A DNA stretch of 62,306 nucleotides, filler included, from Rhabdomonas costata (lineage: Eukaryota): the NCBI GenBank assembly GCA_019059605.1. It is 24 parts of 24 records of this genome, joined end to end, with 100 filler letters (N's around TTAATTAATTAA, not from the genome) between each part and the next. Parts side by side here need not be neighbours in the genome. Positions count along the whole stretch, not along the records: positions 1 to 2,504 come from JAHMHO010003117.1; positions 2,605 to 5,106 come from JAHMHO010003118.1; positions 5,207 to 7,708 come from JAHMHO010003119.1; positions 7,809 to 10,310 come from JAHMHO010003120.1; positions 10,411 to 12,913 come from JAHMHO010003121.1; positions 13,014 to 15,516 come from JAHMHO010003122.1; 18 more parts are not named here. The stretch is one strand, 5' to 3'. The translations under genes and the position numbers were made by a program. The notes under the pieces were generated by a model, which saw nothing but the letters and a program-made list of their open reading frames with translations, was not told the origin of the DNA and did not search any database. Positions 1-13,064 of the stretch are shown here, piece after piece. Position 1 is the stretch's first letter. The number at the start of each line of letters is the position of its first letter.

Positions 1-191
1 GGGGTGGTCACAAGACGGCAGCCCATTGCTAGCTTTGCCTGACCCGTTCTACTGTTAAAGGCAGGTGACTCATCGTCTGTACTGGGGGGGTAGTTTGTAA
101 ATGAGTAATGCCGCTGGCGGTCGTGTCATGCTAGAGCCGGATCATTGATGCTGACACTCTTTCTGAGTTGAGGTGGTGGCAGAATCCACAC

Positions 192-786
192 TTCGGCTCG
201 TAGAGATGGCGTGGTCGGCAGCACGGCCTGCAGCCGCAGGTGGTCCCACATGGGGTTCTGTGGGAAGCGCGCGGCTTCTTGGCGCAATCGTTGTTTGATC
301 ACCGACAGCTCACCGTACTGCATACACAGCCGGGGAAAAGCAAAAGCAAACCCGAAAAACAGGCAATCACAGGGGACCAGTGTGCTGCCAGACTCTGCGG
401 TATCCAAGCAGGCAGCAGAAAAAACAGTCACAAGAAAAGTGCACGATATAGCACGAACGTCACCACCACCGTTTCTCAGAAGCCCTCTTCTTTCCTGATT
501 GCCTGCACCGTATCGAACAGGTTGCCCTTGAAGTTTTTTTGGTGCCAGTTGTTGCGAAAGTCATTTCTCTCTTTCAACGTCATTGAAGCAACCTTGGCGC
601 GGTACTTCCTCAAAAAGAGCTCCTATTGGAAAGGCCCGCACAGCGAAGGAGGGGAAACGTTCTCGGAACCACGAATATCTGAAAAAGGATCCCTGTGCAC
701 ACCTGCTTCCCGCCAGTTTTGCACTCTCGAAGGTCTTCAAGCCAGGTTCTGCACTGAAGAGCAGGGTCAAGGGAGGAAGCCGCACA
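192..786 (-). CDS. Internal exons of a spliced gene of unknown function
   Basis: Three phase-0 AG/GT-bounded exons (786-703, 622-509, 317-192) join in frame: CAASSLDPALQCRTWLEDLRECKTGGKQ-ELFLRKYRAKVASMTLKERNDFRNNWHQKNFKGNLFDT-YGELSVIKQRLRQEAARF... Confidence 0.5.
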
Positions 787-1418
787 CTTATCGTAGCCCT
801 TGTTAAACTGAGCGAACAAAAATAGCAAAGCAACCCCAAGTCACACACATCATACGCACGAGGCAGTGATACAGATGCCACAGGGGTCGTGGTGCAACAG
901 TCGACCCGAAAGGCGATAAAAATGTACTCTATTGCACTTGAAGCCAATTTTTGCTCCGCAGCAACTTTACGCTACATCATATTCCACCGCCGGAAGAGCA
1001 GGCTGGTAAAAATGAAACTTGGCGCAAAACAAAGTCGAAAAATACGCAAAAGAAAGTGCATTTCAACTCAACATTTTCTGAGGAGTTGAAATGCAAAAAA
1101 GGGCAAAATTTTGCAGGTTGCACTTCTTACCAGCCCTGAGGAGCGGAGAAATATTTTCAACAACCCTATGCAGCGTCGGCACTGAGTCGGTTGTAAAGTT
1201 CGGCGAGTTCGGCGAGGGAGGCCGCGAGACCGGGCAAGGCTCGGCCCACGAAAGGTCCGCCAAGTCGTGCACCAATGGGGGATGGTTCACGGGGGCCAAT
1301 GAGAAAAGCTCACGGACAATGACAAAAGCTCCTTTTTGGCTATGGAATGGCGCAAGCGTAGGGTTGGGAGTTGAAAAATTGGCCCCACGGGGTGCGGGCG
1401 GAAGAGGAAAAATCCAAC

Positions 1419-2501
1419 TTAGTGCTGGGGCAACGGGAGACAGGAAGTCTCTCGTGATGAACACATCGAAAAAAGACTTCTCTTATACACACAAACACAC
1501 CCTGTGAAAATATTCAAGTGCTTCAGCATCATCACAACACTCTGTGGAGCCTCTCTGGAGCAATCCATTCTGAGAAATAACTTCTTCCCCAATAACTCCG
1601 CTGTCGTCTCATAGTCCATTACTCTGCATCCTCTGCCGTCTGTGTTATCCTCTGGATAGCAAACATCACAACCTCTAACCTCCGCCATCTGGAGCAATGT
1701 AATCCTCCATGTCTGGGTTGGTAAACTGAACTACGGCTTCACTAACTCTTTGACTGCCTTTTTGATTGCTGGCGGTGGAGCCGGGGCCGATACAGGTCCT
1801 AGCTCTTGATTCAAGGAGAGCCATCTACTGGTGTCTGGATCTGTTCCATCATCATCACTATCCACGTCTCTGTGGATGTTCAAGGAATCTAAAACGACTT
1901 CTAAGTCATTCGCGTTTACACTCATCACTGCACAGCTTTTTTCGCTTCCACTCGAACCTTGTGTGGATGGTGCTGTTCCCCTCGACCCTGTGCATTCTCA
2001 CCAGTACCTCACTCTGCGGATGGGACGCCTACATGTCCTCCAGCATCCGTATCTGGGTCATCCCTGTCTTCCTTTGGTCAACTCTATTCAACTGGCGCTT
2101 GGCGACTGTTCACTCACCTCAACCTCCATCTCTATGAACAGGTATGAACACTCTTTCGCACTCCTCCTCCATTCATCTTCCGACACTATCCTATTCCGAA
2201 AACTTGGGGTCTTCTGGTTATCACACTTACTCAGGTCTGTGTAATTCTCTTCATAAACCACACCTGCTACGTACTGGAACGCAACATTAGTGTCCACTTC
2301 TGACGAACCCTCTGGATTTGTCTCGTCATACAGAACACTCAACTTCCTGTGGTCCTTCAACATCGCCTCCTTTGTAACTAGCCCTGTAACCATCCAAGAC
2401 TCATAGACATACTCTCTCATCCACCGCACCAACTTTAGGTGGTCATAGTCATTACACCCTCTCTCCAGCAACCTCTGCAATGCAAACCGCTGCTCACACA
2501 A
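1419..2501 (-). pseudogene. Decayed intronless reading frame, possibly retrotransposon gag-like
   Basis: ORFs 2501-2088, 1928-1731 and 1697-1419 share one frame, broken by TGA (2090, 2060, 2000) and TAG (1733). It contains a Cys/Arg segment GCWRTCRRPIRRVRYW*EC resembling a decayed Zn knuckle. No splice structure. Confidence 0.35.
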
Positions 2502-2504
2502 ACC

Positions 2505-2604
2505 NNNNNNNNNNNNNNNNNNNNNNNNNNNNNNNNNNNNNNNNNNNNTTAATTAATTAANNNNNNNNNNNNNNNNNNNNNNNNNNNNNNNNNNNNNNNN
2601 NNNN
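2505..2604. other. Artificial contig linker (N-run/TTAATTAATTAA/N-run); first of 23 identical 100-nt linkers splitting the window into 24 contigs of ~2.5 kb
   Basis: An identical six-frame-stop linker recurs about every 2.6 kb (2505-2604, 5107-5206, 7709-7808 ... 59709-59808). Confidence 0.99.
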
Positions 2605-2632
2605 GTTGTTTATCTTCGCATATTTTCTCCAG

Positions 2633-5098
2633 GGACACATCGTGTACCATGGGCCAGCCAAGGAGGCGGTGGAGTACTTTCACCGGCTGGGCTACCGCAT
2701 TCCAGGGGACATGGACGAGGCAGATTTCCTGCAGCAGGTAATTTGCTCACAATGGGGCTCCAAGGGGCTTGGGTTTCCCAGCCCCAGAGGATGCCCACCC
2801 ACGACTTTCACGCCCCGAAATGAGCCCTGCATTGGACTCGTGTTATTCACATCACTCTCTGCATTGGGCCCCATGGCTTTGCTGTTTCCCCATTGGATCG
2901 AAACAAGCAGCACCCGAGCAAAAGAGTTTTCCAGCTAGTAGGGTTTGGGCCATTCTTTCCCTCCTCTCGTGTCTTCTGTGGTTTGAAGTAGTCCCAGTTA
3001 TTTTGAAGAGCTGCCGTCCAAGTACCCTGGGTTATCTCCATTGTACGGGATCCGCACTGTGCTGAGTCCCAAGGAAAACTCGCCTACGGTGCTTACTGAG
3101 CACTAACTAGCATGCAAGACTGACCGTACTCCAGCATCGTTGCACAGTTGCGGTCACATCACCACCTCTGCACCTATCTTATGGATTACAGCATGTTTCG
3201 AGAGGCACCACTGTACGTAGAAAAGTCCCAGGGCCTCGGCTTTGCCCTATGATAGAAGTACCAACTCCGAAAACGTTTCCTTTCTGGTTGTGTGGAAAAT
3301 TTGTTCATAATTTTTAACATGCCAATAACGCTCCCCAAGCGATAGGGCATCGAATCCGATTACCGTATCTATCATTTTTGCCCCCCCCCCCTTCAGGTTA
3401 CTTCCGAAGCTGGGCAGTGCTTCCTTACCGCGGAGGCGAGGGCGAACCCTCTCACCCCGAAAACTGCCCCGCAGTTTGCAGCGGCGTACAAGGCCAGCCC
3501 GTACTTCCTCGCTCAGCTTCACGCCAAACCAGTCCCTTCACAGGTCCCTGCTTCGGATGGAAGTAAAAGTTTGGGAAGAAGGGAGGGGTTGAACTGGCTT
3601 GATGGCTTGATGGCTGCAATGCGCAGCAGTGGTGCCCGATTGCAACGGGTTGGTGAGTCAAAACCTTGCAGCTTTTTTTTGGGGGGGATAAAAGCTCTTT
3701 GATTGCTCCTATTGTGTCCAAACCATGGTGGACAGCATGTGTTTTCGACTTTTATATGAGTTGGTACTCACAATCACAATCACCCTTACCAAACTCCCCA
3801 CCGGCATGTAGAAAAATACACTGTGCAATCGGGACACATTCAGCTCCTTACCCCCTCAAGCAAGCCGACGTTCTTTGGGGCGCAGCGATTCTACAGCGAC
3901 TTCCCTCACCCCTGGCGTATGCCTCAATCGCGCGCACACACACACACACCGTCATTTTGTCTACCTGCTGTCATCTTTTTGCTTAGCTTCACTTCACCTT
4001 GCTGCGCGCCAGTCACAAGTCACAAGCCATGAATTGAAACCAGGGTGGAGACACCGCTATTGCTGTTTAATGAAACTTCACTCCCGCTCTTCCCGCTTCT
4101 TCCTCTCGTCTGCTGATAATGGACGCCTACTTCTTCTGAATGTCTCAACGTTCGACGTAAGGAAAGGTTGCCTCCTTTCACCCTATTCAGGAGTGAGTGT
4201 TGGTGGTTGGTCCACTGCTGCTTATCAAGTTGTGTATTTATAGTCTTTTAAAGGTAGTAATGATATTTCGAAATAAAAGGAAACGGAAAGGGATGCCAGG
4301 GATGCCCAGAAGCCCATTTATATGGCCAGATTCACCCACTTCCTCAACCACCTGCCGAACCTGGCATTGACTTCCTGTGTTACTTTTCGGTAGACTATAC
4401 CCTGAAGCTGCTCCTGGAGAGGCAGATCAAGCTGACCGTCAGAAACAAGGCTTTTGTGATCGTGCGAAACCTCCGCATCCTAACAATGGCGGTCATCATT
4501 GGCACCCTATTCCTGCTGCTGGAGCCCGACAGCTACACGGTGTGCTCTACTACAACGTTTCGGATGACGTTTGTTTGACCTGTCGTCTGCAAAAAAGAAT
4601 TGACCGACAGGATGCTAATGAGGACATTAATCTCCGTCAATGGCCTTCTTTGGGGTCACAATGCATAAATCGAATCTTTTTTCGGGAACCAAAAGGGATG
4701 TGTGCAGCACAGAGTATCTGAATTGCCCCCTTCAGGCTGGTAGGACACGATGTTATTCCGAAAAATGCAATCGCGGATTTATCGAAAAGAAATCGGAAGA
4801 GTAATACAAGTCCAAAAATAAAGCAGAATCACCCCGTTTGTTTTCTTAGGACCCCGAATCCACCATTGCATTGCCTCGAAACTTGATCCAGTCCCCACAG
4901 CAACTCAGAGAGGCAGGGAGTTTCCTTAGCTGGGCTATGTCTTGATAGCTTCGGCTGGGTGTGATGTCCGACGCGGTGGGTTTTCTGTCCATCGGGGGAA
5001 TGGCCCTCATTCCTGGAGTGGTGGAGAGCCGCAAGATGGTGCACAAGCAGATTGACGCGAAGTTCTACCCCGCGTGGATCTTTACCCTGGTGAATACC
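2633..5098 (+). CDS. PDR/ABCG-type ABC transporter, internal fragment (end of NBD1, linker, ABC2 membrane domain)
   Basis: Exons 2633-2737, 3397-3543, 3844-3916, 4394-4539 and 4949-end splice in frame at GT-AG: GHIVYHGPAKEAVEYFHRLGY..ADFLQQ|VTS..HYTLKLLLERQIKLTVRNKAF..MAVIIGTLFL..SRKMVHKQIDAKFYPAW, matching PDR motifs. Confidence 0.9.
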
Positions 5099-5649
5099 AC
5101 CAACCCNNNNNNNNNNNNNNNNNNNNNNNNNNNNNNNNNNNNNNNNNNNNTTAATTAATTAANNNNNNNNNNNNNNNNNNNNNNNNNNNNNNNNNNNNNN
5201 NNNNNNTTTTTGGGGGGAGGGGGGAGTGAGGGCACGAACCCGCGCCGGCAATAAGGGAGCTGACGTAGCCGAGAGGCTGGAAGGGCAGAGGGTGAGGGGT
5301 CGCCCCGAGAGGCACGCCACAGCGAGGCCCCCAAGGGCATAGGAGATCGGGCTTGCAGCAGGAGTCCTGGCCCAAGGGAGGGCGGAGGCACGAGAGATAC
5401 CACATAGGAGGCCATACCCAGGAGGTAAGGAGGCAGAGAGAAAAAGCCCCTACGAATGGCAAGCCGGAGAAACTAGATGCGTTACTTCACCAAGCCACAG
5501 TGGTGCCGTGGCGAGACGAGAAAGAAGGCTGCCTGTGCTCTGCACAGTTAGGCGCGCGGCTGGTCTTGTGGTACCCATCAGGAGTTGATGTACGTGCATC
5601 TAGGATTGTATCTGAACAGGCGAAGGCAGTTAGTAAAATGAAAATAGGA

Positions 5650-6280
5650 AATAGGAAATCGGTTCTTCTGCATGCGCTTTTGGGACTGACTTGAGAAGTG
5701 GCCCGCCTTTCTTGACCACCTCCACAGGAAACAAAGCGATCAATTATTCTTGGGATCACAACAGAGTCCATCTGGTGCCTGAGGACGCAATCGGGGGTCA
5801 TTGGTAGACTCCAAATCCAATTCCACTTGGGTCCATGGCATTTCGCCGCATCCGGCCGTAGGCCGTAGCCCACCACGGCTGATAGTTGAGAGCGAGGGTG
5901 GGGAAACACAACAGGTGATCAAAAAATACGATGGACGGGCGCTCAACGCGCCCCATGTGTGGGAATATGCCACACAATGTTCGTTCCGGAGATAAAAGAG
6001 GGAAGCCATGGCTTCGCAAATGGGCAAGCGACGACCGAGCCTGAGAAGCAAAACCGAAAAAAGGCGCAGCAAAAACGTGTGCGCCAATGCTGCGGCTTTA
6101 GCCTCGGTACATGCACACAAGGGCGGGGAAAAAGAAGCAAACAAACGAATATGTACATCTCCAACTACACCAGCAACTGTTTCAGTATGTAACAGGAGAG
6201 GAAAGATATGGGCCAGGAGCAGACGAAGACAGAAGAGGAGGCCGTACAGGGAAGCCAGCAACTGGTTGTGGCGGAACCGT
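5650..6280 (-). mobile_element. Possible degenerate 3' end of an RLE-type non-LTR retrotransposon
   Basis: The minus frame has RHNQLLASL (~6273-6247) and later RPQAPDGLCCDPKNN* followed by a frameshifted VEVVKK. This resembles the RH(N/D) and PD..(D/E) motifs of restriction-like endonucleases. Stops and a frameshift are present and the motif spacing is atypical. Confidence 0.3.
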
Positions 6281-7042
6281 CAGGTAACTTGGAAGTGAAG
6301 GAGGGAGGCATGGGGTAAGCCCCAGGGTGACGGGGGCAGTGCCACGGCAGTACTTCTCAGCAACCTCACAAAGCAACGGAGCGAGCCCGCCGATGCGAAG
6401 CAGGGGCCCGTACGAGGCGCCGATCAGCAAAGGGGAGTAATCTAAGCCTCGACACGGCACGGGAGGCTGGCATGCCATCTGAGCCATCAGCTTGTCCACG
6501 GTACCATTAGCAGGGCCGAAGTGTCTTTTTGTTATTTTTTTGAACGCTTATGCTATGCTATACTTCTTAACGGCCGTATTTTGCTTTTCACCCGAAAAAA
6601 AGACAAATTCGATTTCCCGAGCGGCTTTCACGGAGCCAAGGTGTCATATTTCAGTGAGTGAAGCGGCGGAGACGTTCTCAATCGCAGCAAATCATGTTTG
6701 CACACGGTACGCCAAATCGGAGACTAGCACGAAGTAATGAGGCCTGGGGCATGCAATGCAGGTCCCACCGAAAGTTCAGGCTCAGCAAGTAGGCATGCAT
6801 AGTCGCTGGAACGGCCAAGAATATCCCAAAAAATTCATCTTGGGCTGCATACACCGGTCTCCGGTCAAGCTACAGTGATCTGGTCCGTTCCGTTCCAGGG
6901 GTCACCTGGAAGAGGTCATTTAGCCTTAAAAAAAACAGCAAAGAAAAAACGTTTGATCAAAGAAACGTCCGGAACTTCCGGAAAAATCCGTCCTGGGGAA
7001 CAAAAACGGGCGCCAGCTCTTTCGGCAACACATTTTCCCTTC

Positions 7043-7336
7043 CTAAAGGCCAGGCCTGCTGCCCTGACGTTGAGTTAACCCTCCAAAAAGCAGCCAGCCC
7101 GCACCGCCCCCTCCCGGCATCAAAGAAAGGCAACGTCGATGGATGTGCCTTGGAAGGAACGCGCTGGAGGACACCCCGTGCTCGGCCACTGTGGGGAGCA
7201 ACCCGAGACGCTTGAGATTCTCAGCGAGGAGCTCGCTGCAGAACAGGTCACTGAGATCCTCCCGGCGTAAAGCCCAGTTAAGAGGCACCACGGCGGCGGC
7301 CATCTTGGGGTATCCAGAGAATTGCCGCTGCGCCAC
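7043..7336 (-). CDS. Terminal exon of a permuted papain-like amidase (NlpC/P60, YiiX/YebB-like)
   Basis: CAG acceptor, then REDLSDLFCSELLAENLKRLGLLP..SSAFLPRH, matching the catalytic-Cys motif FCSELV..GLL...P of permuted NlpC/P60 enzymes. Ends in TAG. Confidence 0.7.
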   Translation of the reverse strand: MAQRQFSGYPKMAAAVVPLNWALRREDLSDLFCSELLAENLKRLGLLPTVAEHGVSSSAFLPRHIHRRCLSLMPGGGGAGWLLFGGLTQRQGSRPGL

Positions 7337-8002
7337 CTGAGCAGCGAACGAGAAATGCTGCGTGCGCTAGATAAATCAATCAAACAAAAACGACTTGTAT
7401 TTTTTTTGGAGGGGGGCGGGGGCGTTAATTGTTTAGCACCGCTAAACGGTCACTAATTTACAAACCCCGCTCAAATCAAAATATTTATGTTTAGGGGTCA
7501 GAAAAACAGCAGACCTAACCCCATTTCGCTAAAATGAAGGTATTTAACGGTAGTTGATCAAGTTCACCTAACCCCTCCACCCACATCAAACAATGTGTCC
7601 GATTCGGACGTTTAGCACTACTAGGTCCTTGGCTCAGGGAGGTGTTGGCTTCCATATATACCTTATGTCTTGGAGTAGCCGTTCGTCCTGCGCACATACA
7701 CCAACACCNNNNNNNNNNNNNNNNNNNNNNNNNNNNNNNNNNNNNNNNNNNNTTAATTAATTAANNNNNNNNNNNNNNNNNNNNNNNNNNNNNNNNNNNN
7801 NNNNNNNNGTTTGTTGGGGAGGGGGCAGTTCAACGGGTTTTTCGTTTTTTGCGATGTGGGCGAAAGGGCCTTTTTGTATCATTGCGGGGATGAACCTAAG
7901 TCCCGCCGCAATCTCTTCGTGTTTTTCTCCCTCTTTGTTGACCGAAATGTCTGCTGATCACTGTCCTACTCATTTCTCAATGCTGATTGCTTCTCGCCAC
8001 AG

Positions 8003-10250
8003 CATGTGGAGCTTCAGCACTGCAAGAGTAGCCAAGAAGAGACCCAGGCTCTGCTCTCCACTCTGGCCGCTGCCGTCAGCAGCTTACATGAGAATGTCCT
8101 GGAGACAATGAAGGTTGTTGTTTCACTTGGGAATCAAGCAATATTTGAGTTTGGGGGTTATGATCTTTAGTCTCTTTAAGATCAGCATCGCGAATCTGCT
8201 TGGTGGGTTTGTGTATGAAATTTCACCTGACAACTCATGACATTGTCCAGACAGCCGTAATACCACCGTCCCAATCCTTTTCTGCATGGAGCCGTTGCTC
8301 TCTCGCGTGCCTATCTGAGCACTCCCTTTTCCTTATTTTCCCTTCTCGTTGCTCGCTGCACAACACCTGATGCGCTCCATAAGGCCCACCATAAAGCAAT
8401 ATTCGCCTCCCTGTCCGATAATGAGCGAATGGCCGTGGTGGGAGTTGGGCTGTTCTCTCCTCAGGGATCAGCCTCTATGGATCCGTCTTGCTCGCCCATT
8501 GGGGAGCACCCAAGGCGGTCACCGAGCCCAGAAGGTGACTCGTGCGGTTCAAGGAGCGGGTTGTCTTCCCAGATCTCACAGCTTCAGGTGTGGTCCACTT
8601 TTCACTATATACCCCTACATCTCACCGTGCCAAAAACCTGAGATGGTGGCTGTTAAAAGGTCCTGATGGTTAGACCTCTCACCCGCTGTTGTGGATAGAA
8701 GTGAGTAAGTGAGGCGGGTGCGATGTATCCCCCTCTTATGGAATGTGAACTTAAGGCCGTCGAGGCGGCGGTGCGCACGCTGTGGAGGATGCACCAGCAG
8801 ACAATGGAGAAGCAGCTCGAGGCCGAGTCGCTGCGGCTGGCCGCTCAACGGCAGGCGGAGTCTCAGGTTTTTGCTCCCCTGTCTTCTACCTTGTCTTTCC
8901 CAGTCCCGTTCTTCTCCTCTTCGGACCGCACTGAAGCAGAGGGGTGGTGTTTCGTCATAACATTAATCGATATTCGCACATTTTGACATGGTTTTTCACC
9001 ACAATATATCCTCTTGTATAAACGAAATTGTTTTCTTTTTCGATACGCGATAATGTATGGCATACCTACGCCGCTATGCAAGTTCTCACCACTGTGTAAC
9101 CAAAAAACCAGGAAGGCCTGTAGCCATGGACCAAAAAGTGTACAGGCTAATTTATCAGGGCTTCGACAACTTGTCGCGCAAATGCTTCGTAGTTGAGTTC
9201 GTCCGCTTGGAAGTGCTCTTTGATGACCTCAGCTCATTCCCTTGTCCAGACACAGCCCAGCCCAGCTCCCTAACTTTTTCGTTTGCCAATTTGACACTGT
9301 GATGTCACATTTATAACCGTGAAGAAGGCCGATTTCCTTCAAAACTACAAACAGAAAAAGCCCTTATGCTGTATTGCTGATCGTCTCGCTGTGGGCTTGG
9401 CGCCAGGAGCAAGAGCTCTCCGATGCCCAGCTGGAGCTTTCGCGTGTGAAGGAGTTGTTGGCCCAGACCACAGCCCAGCGCGAGGAGGCCAAGAAAGCCC
9501 TCCGCGAGCTCCGTGGCGTCGTCGTGGACGGCGCAAACCGGAGAAGCGCTCTGCAGGTGCTTACACTTTTTTCAAGCTTAGACTGAATGATTGCGTATTG
9601 GGCAAGAAGTTTCACCTCATGCGTCTTACCTCATGCACTTCACATCGTGTCGAGTCGAATGGAAGATTAGCCTGAGCCTGATAATTTTGTCGCCACGCCA
9701 CGCAGGCAGAGTTGCAGGCCACGGCGGACGATCTTCGCGTGTGCAAACGCAGTGCGGACGAGATGCTGCGCAGCTCCACGGCCAAGGGCATGTTTCTCTT
9801 CTCCCACCCCTCACCCCCGGCCGTACAGCAGAAGGGGTAGAGTTGGGCCTGCGCCCTGAACATTTGTGGGCTTTTTTTTTGCCATTTGCATATCGCTCCT
9901 CGTTGCACACCGTGCTCGAGAAGCGGAAAATGCAAGCCAAGCGAAAGAGTGTGAGTCTGTGACAACTCGTCTGCAGCACATTGTTGTGCATGTGATTCTG
10001 CAGCACATTGTTGTGCATGTGATTCTGAATTCACATATCAACGGGGGTTGTGTGTTGGCGACTGCGCACGCGCCCTGAGCGGCTGGGTAAACCATGGAGA
10101 AGGGGTTGGGTTTCACAGAGGATGAGCTGAAGAACTGCAGGCGGCAGCTGGAGGCCAAGGATGCCTCTCTAGCGGAGCTCAGGCTCCGCGTGACCGAGCT
10201 GGAGAGTCGGGCGGAATCTGAGCAGCAGGCCGCCGCGGTGCGCCAAGCAG
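8003..10250 (+). CDS. Multi-exon coiled-coil protein fragment
   Basis: A series of short GC-rich AG/GT(GC)-flanked exons encodes E/Q/K/L/A heptad-rich sequence (AVEAAVRTLWRMHQQTMEKQLEAE; EQELSDAQLELSRVKELL; DELKNCRRQLEAKDASLAELRLRVTELE). Confidence 0.7.
9970..10027 (+). repeat. 27-bp tandem duplication (2 copies + 4 nt) across an exon/intron boundary
   Basis: TCTGCAGCACATTGTTGTGCATGTGAT occurs twice, exactly. Confidence 0.95.
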
Positions 10251-13064
10251 GACAAGCGAGGTGGCCCCTGCCGTTCCCCTCGCCCCCTTTTATAAAAGGG
10301 CCCACCAAAANNNNNNNNNNNNNNNNNNNNNNNNNNNNNNNNNNNNNNNNNNNNTTAATTAATTAANNNNNNNNNNNNNNNNNNNNNNNNNNNNNNNNNN
10401 NNNNNNNNNNGGGTGGTGTGGTTTAGCCTCTGTAAGTCCTCCGGAGTGTATGTGTCTTAGTGGCACTGTGGTAGTGGTACCGAAGTCCCAGATTTCAGAC
10501 CCCAACTGACGGATTTACGCGTACCTTATATCTCTTCTACGGGTGACCGTAACCGTGCTTAGGCCTGTGAAGTGAACCATATAGACGTTGGATGAGTGAG
10601 TGACCACCTCGACATGCCATCCAGTGGCAAGATGAAACCAAGGTGGTATTCATAATGTGGCTCTTTGTTGACAGCATTTGTGCGCTGGCGTAAGTTTGGT
10701 GCATGGACTGTTGCGCGTACAGGATTTGCACACCAGCTTCTGATTTTTACACTTAGATTCTAGGTCTAAAATGACCTTAGGTTCCCTCGAAAGCAGTATT
10801 GCAAAAAACGAGGGGTTACACGGAAGTGGTGTGGCTAAACCGGCTTCTAAACATTTGCGCACAGGAAGTTCAACACAGTATGCGACAAATGCCAAAAGGT
10901 ATAGGGAAAGACCCGAATCCTGGTTAAGCCGCAAAAATACTAAATGACGCATGACATGTTACTTGCCAAACCAAATGGGTCAGGATTCATATCAACAAGC
11001 CCGGCGAAAAGGTGAGCAGAGCTGTGCCAGGAGAGAAAGAATGACAAAAGAGAAACAGTGGCGTCCCGATTTTTCAAAGGCTAGGCAGATTTCAATGGGA
11101 ATTTTTGTCCGGTTAATTCAATTGTTGCCTAGCGCAAGTGGTTACAGAGAGATTTCTTGAATAGATTTTTTGATGCCACAAATCCAAAAAAGGCGCTTCT
11201 CATTTCAATTTATGGATGGTTTTGCCTTTAGTTTTGTTTTTGCTGAAAGCGCGCCGCAGATGAATTACAAATAAAGCACAGGCTAGAACAGCGGAGACTC
11301 AGCACCATTGGTGGGTTAGACGCCCTGCCTTGCATTGATGTCATATCTTGTCTTGTCTTGTCACTTTGTGGTGTCCTATGCATTGTTCTGTCGCACACTT
11401 TCACTTGAGTCTGACAGGTGTACTGCTCAGTTCAAACATAAACACACACGCCTTGGTTGTTCTTTTATAGTACATGGTACATGAATTACAATGGTAGCTT
11501 GGTGCCCGACTACCATTAAACGACTACCGGTGGTGCCGATGGACGCCCATGCGGTGGTGTTATAAACGCGTGGAATGGTACAAAGTGGTTAAGCACACCA
11601 GAAGAACTACCCAACCGTGTGGTCATGAAATCAGAGACCTACATGGTTACGGCACGGCTCACCACAGGTATCCATGGTCGGACTCTGCGCACGCACTTGA
11701 GTGACGTTGTATCACCGGTAATGTGTGACCTCCTCTCACCAGCTATAGGTGGTCTCATCCGTATGTCCACGTGTAGTCAGGCGAATCTGGCATGCAAGTT
11801 TGGACAACTGCTTGCTCAATACAAGTCTCAGCGGCTTCCAAGAGGATGGAACTAGAGAGCGGATTCTACATAATCACAGCCATCGGGCGTAAAAATAAAT
11901 GACAACTAAGGCCCAAGCAAGCACAACAGTCCCACGATCATCCAGGCACCATCACCTAACGCTTCAAAGTCCCAACAGTACCACATAAGACCAACATAGG
12001 ATTAGCGCAAACGCAAACACTCAGGCTAGAACTCCACACTCTCACAGCAGCCCAACAACGCAAAATGACCCGCAGCAACAACAGAAGTGTAGGACCCACC
12101 TCCACCCATCGAATTTTAAACTTACTAGGACCCACAACAGATACTCGACATGGTTGATCTTCCAGGTGTGACAGACACTGGATGTAAAGTATTGCAGAGC
12201 ATGGTACGGAGTAGACAAAAGGTCAGTTGCTCGATGTGATAATATGATGTCCGCCGAAAAGAACACCGCCGAACAGTCAATGGTTGGCATAAATGGTTCC
12301 GGATGTTACTTGTGACTGAGCCACGCCAAGTGTGGTGAAATAGGTGGTAATAGAATTTACTGCTGTCTCAAAAAAGATTTCGGCGTGGGGGGTCCCTCCA
12401 GGTGCGCCAATCTCACCTCATAAAGCACTGTTTGTGGTGGATATGTGTAGCAACAATTTGCTGATGTTTGGTTAAATCAACCAGAATAAAAGCGTCATTA
12501 TTTGCCACTGGTTTTCAATATCAAAAGAGGCTTCACTTAACATGGGATATTAATTCTCTTTGCATGCAACATGTTTAGCTGGATATTTAACTTCCGCAGG
12601 TGTGGGGGTCTGATTTTTGTGACGCGTCACTACATTGCGGAGAAGCGAAGTCCTCGACCAACATCACACCCCATCCACCAAAAAACAAAACACAAGTTCT
12701 GAACACAAGAGCACAGCAAAGAGGGCAAAGCCAAAACAGGCTTGGGGTCTTTTCTGTATACTCAAGCGCACACCTATAACGCACTCTGAGCTCCAGTCGG
12801 ATGTTTCCAGATTCCATCCAGCCCCACAGAAAACACAGATGGCTTTCTTGCACACCCGCAAAGCACAAATGACAACATGCAAGCATGCTAATATTTCGCT
12901 ACAACTCACCACCNNNNNNNNNNNNNNNNNNNNNNNNNNNNNNNNNNNNNNNNNNNNTTAATTAATTAANNNNNNNNNNNNNNNNNNNNNNNNNNNNNNN
13001 NNNNNNNNNNNNNGTGGGGTGGTGGAAGAGGACCCGAAGGGACCAGCAGAGAGCGAGACCCACA

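Noticed and set aside
1731..2090. Stop-codon reassignment suggested by in-frame TGA/TAG
   Set aside because: Conserved genes end properly at TGA (GLO2, CAF1) and TAA (Pin1), use TGG for Trp and have no internal stops. The stops are confined to TE-like remnants.
10411..12913. Genes or an integrase remnant in contig 5
   Set aside because: Only short stop-riddled frames with no convincing motif or exon chain.
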